Origin: Neoechinorhynchus agilis
Lineage: Eukaryota; Animalia; Acanthocephala
Reading direction: 5' to 3'
Length of the DNA: 64,000 nt
Assembly (NCBI GenBank): GCA_051530055.1
Contig: CM121341.1
Location: 9,092,784-9,156,783, forward strand
Every line of letters starts with the position of its first letter. Position 1 is the first letter of the stretch. The translations under genes and the position numbers were made by a program. The notes beneath the pieces were generated by a model. That model did not search any database, was not told the DNA's origin, and saw only the letters and a program-made list of their open reading frames with translations. Of this stretch, positions 63,701 through 64,000 are shown in pieces.

Positions 63701-64000
63701 CGTTTTCATTAAGTCGCCTACGGCTACCTAAATCGGCCAGCAAATTTGTTTTACGATCTCCAGATTTTAAAATTGGTTCGGTTCCGGATATTGTCGATAT
63801 GTTTATACTGTCCAAGAATTGATCAAATCCTTTGCGATGCAAAGTCTACACCGTGGGATTACCATAGATCGTCAAATAGAAAGATCTTATAAAACTTACA
63901 TGTAAAAATCTGCCCGGTCGTAGGCCACCGGGGACGTTCCTTTCATTTGATGCATAACTGTCCCTATTTAGATGCGCCAATTCCAATACATCATCGTCAA
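51729..64000 (-). CDS. UNC80: UNC-80 (NALCN channel complex subunit), multi-exon, 5' end beyond window
   Basis: LLLREFENPSALIRYNAVCRFHVLWSQRYQFWMRVEEGAQAFYKILPPAIDFAMPSPQIG..DPCWLP, APVVTKAAYILECIDFVHKCSAGQWPAW, GIHAVVCKEESTSAFGVVLNILEVL; many checked junctions are GT-AG; full exon map not resolved. Confidence 0.88.
57581..57640 (-). repeat. Poly-Gly-encoding (GGN)n tract inside UNC-80 exon
   Basis: ccaccaccaccggcgccgcctccaccgccaccgccgccgccaccacc on + strand. Confidence 0.9.
60185..62585. repeat. Tandem array, ~241-bp unit, ~10 copies, inside a canonical UNC-80 intron
   Basis: aactaatttttagtcgg restarts at 60196, 60437, 60697, 60938, 61187, 61428, 61669, 61908, 62166, 62406; flanking minus-strand donor GAAAG|GTTTGA and acceptor TTTCCAG|G are phase-matched. 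Confidence 0.97.

Noticed and set aside
1-64000. Alternative genetic code or stop-codon readthrough
   Set aside because: Conserved genes translate correctly with the standard code; frame breaks are explained by introns, decay or probable indels.

Overview
AT-rich, gene-dense nuclear DNA of an invertebrate animal (spliceosomal GT-AG introns mostly ~45-55 nt; metazoan genes such as a TGF-beta type I receptor and UNC-80); the taxon cannot be fixed from sequence alone. Recognisable genes: OST3/OST6 (TUSC3/MAGT1-like), VPS37, prohibitin 1, SNF7/CHMP4, a sphingomyelin-synthase-family gene, a RACGAP1/CYK-4-like gene, MED31, CAP, an ALK4/5/7-type receptor kinase and the 3' part of UNC-80. Roughly a third of the window is short tandem arrays of unrelated units (~290, ~350, 103, ~420 twice, ~158, 274, 284, ~241 bp), plus long hairpin/MITE-like elements and six fragments of CRE-like RLE non-LTR retrotransposons. 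Most striking: the sphingomyelin synthase ORF is split mid-exon by an 11,272-bp composite repeat block bounded by a 5-bp direct repeat (ATGTT) instead of GT-AG ends; removing one repeat plus the block restores the family's exact motif spacing. Also notable: a 3' splice acceptor lies just upstream of nearly every start codon (suggesting spliced-leader trans-splicing), the RacGAP lacks its arginine finger and seems to need a 20-nt intron, and the 158-bp satellite has an 8-mer higher-order repeat. All protein identities are by eye from remembered family motifs; no searches were run.
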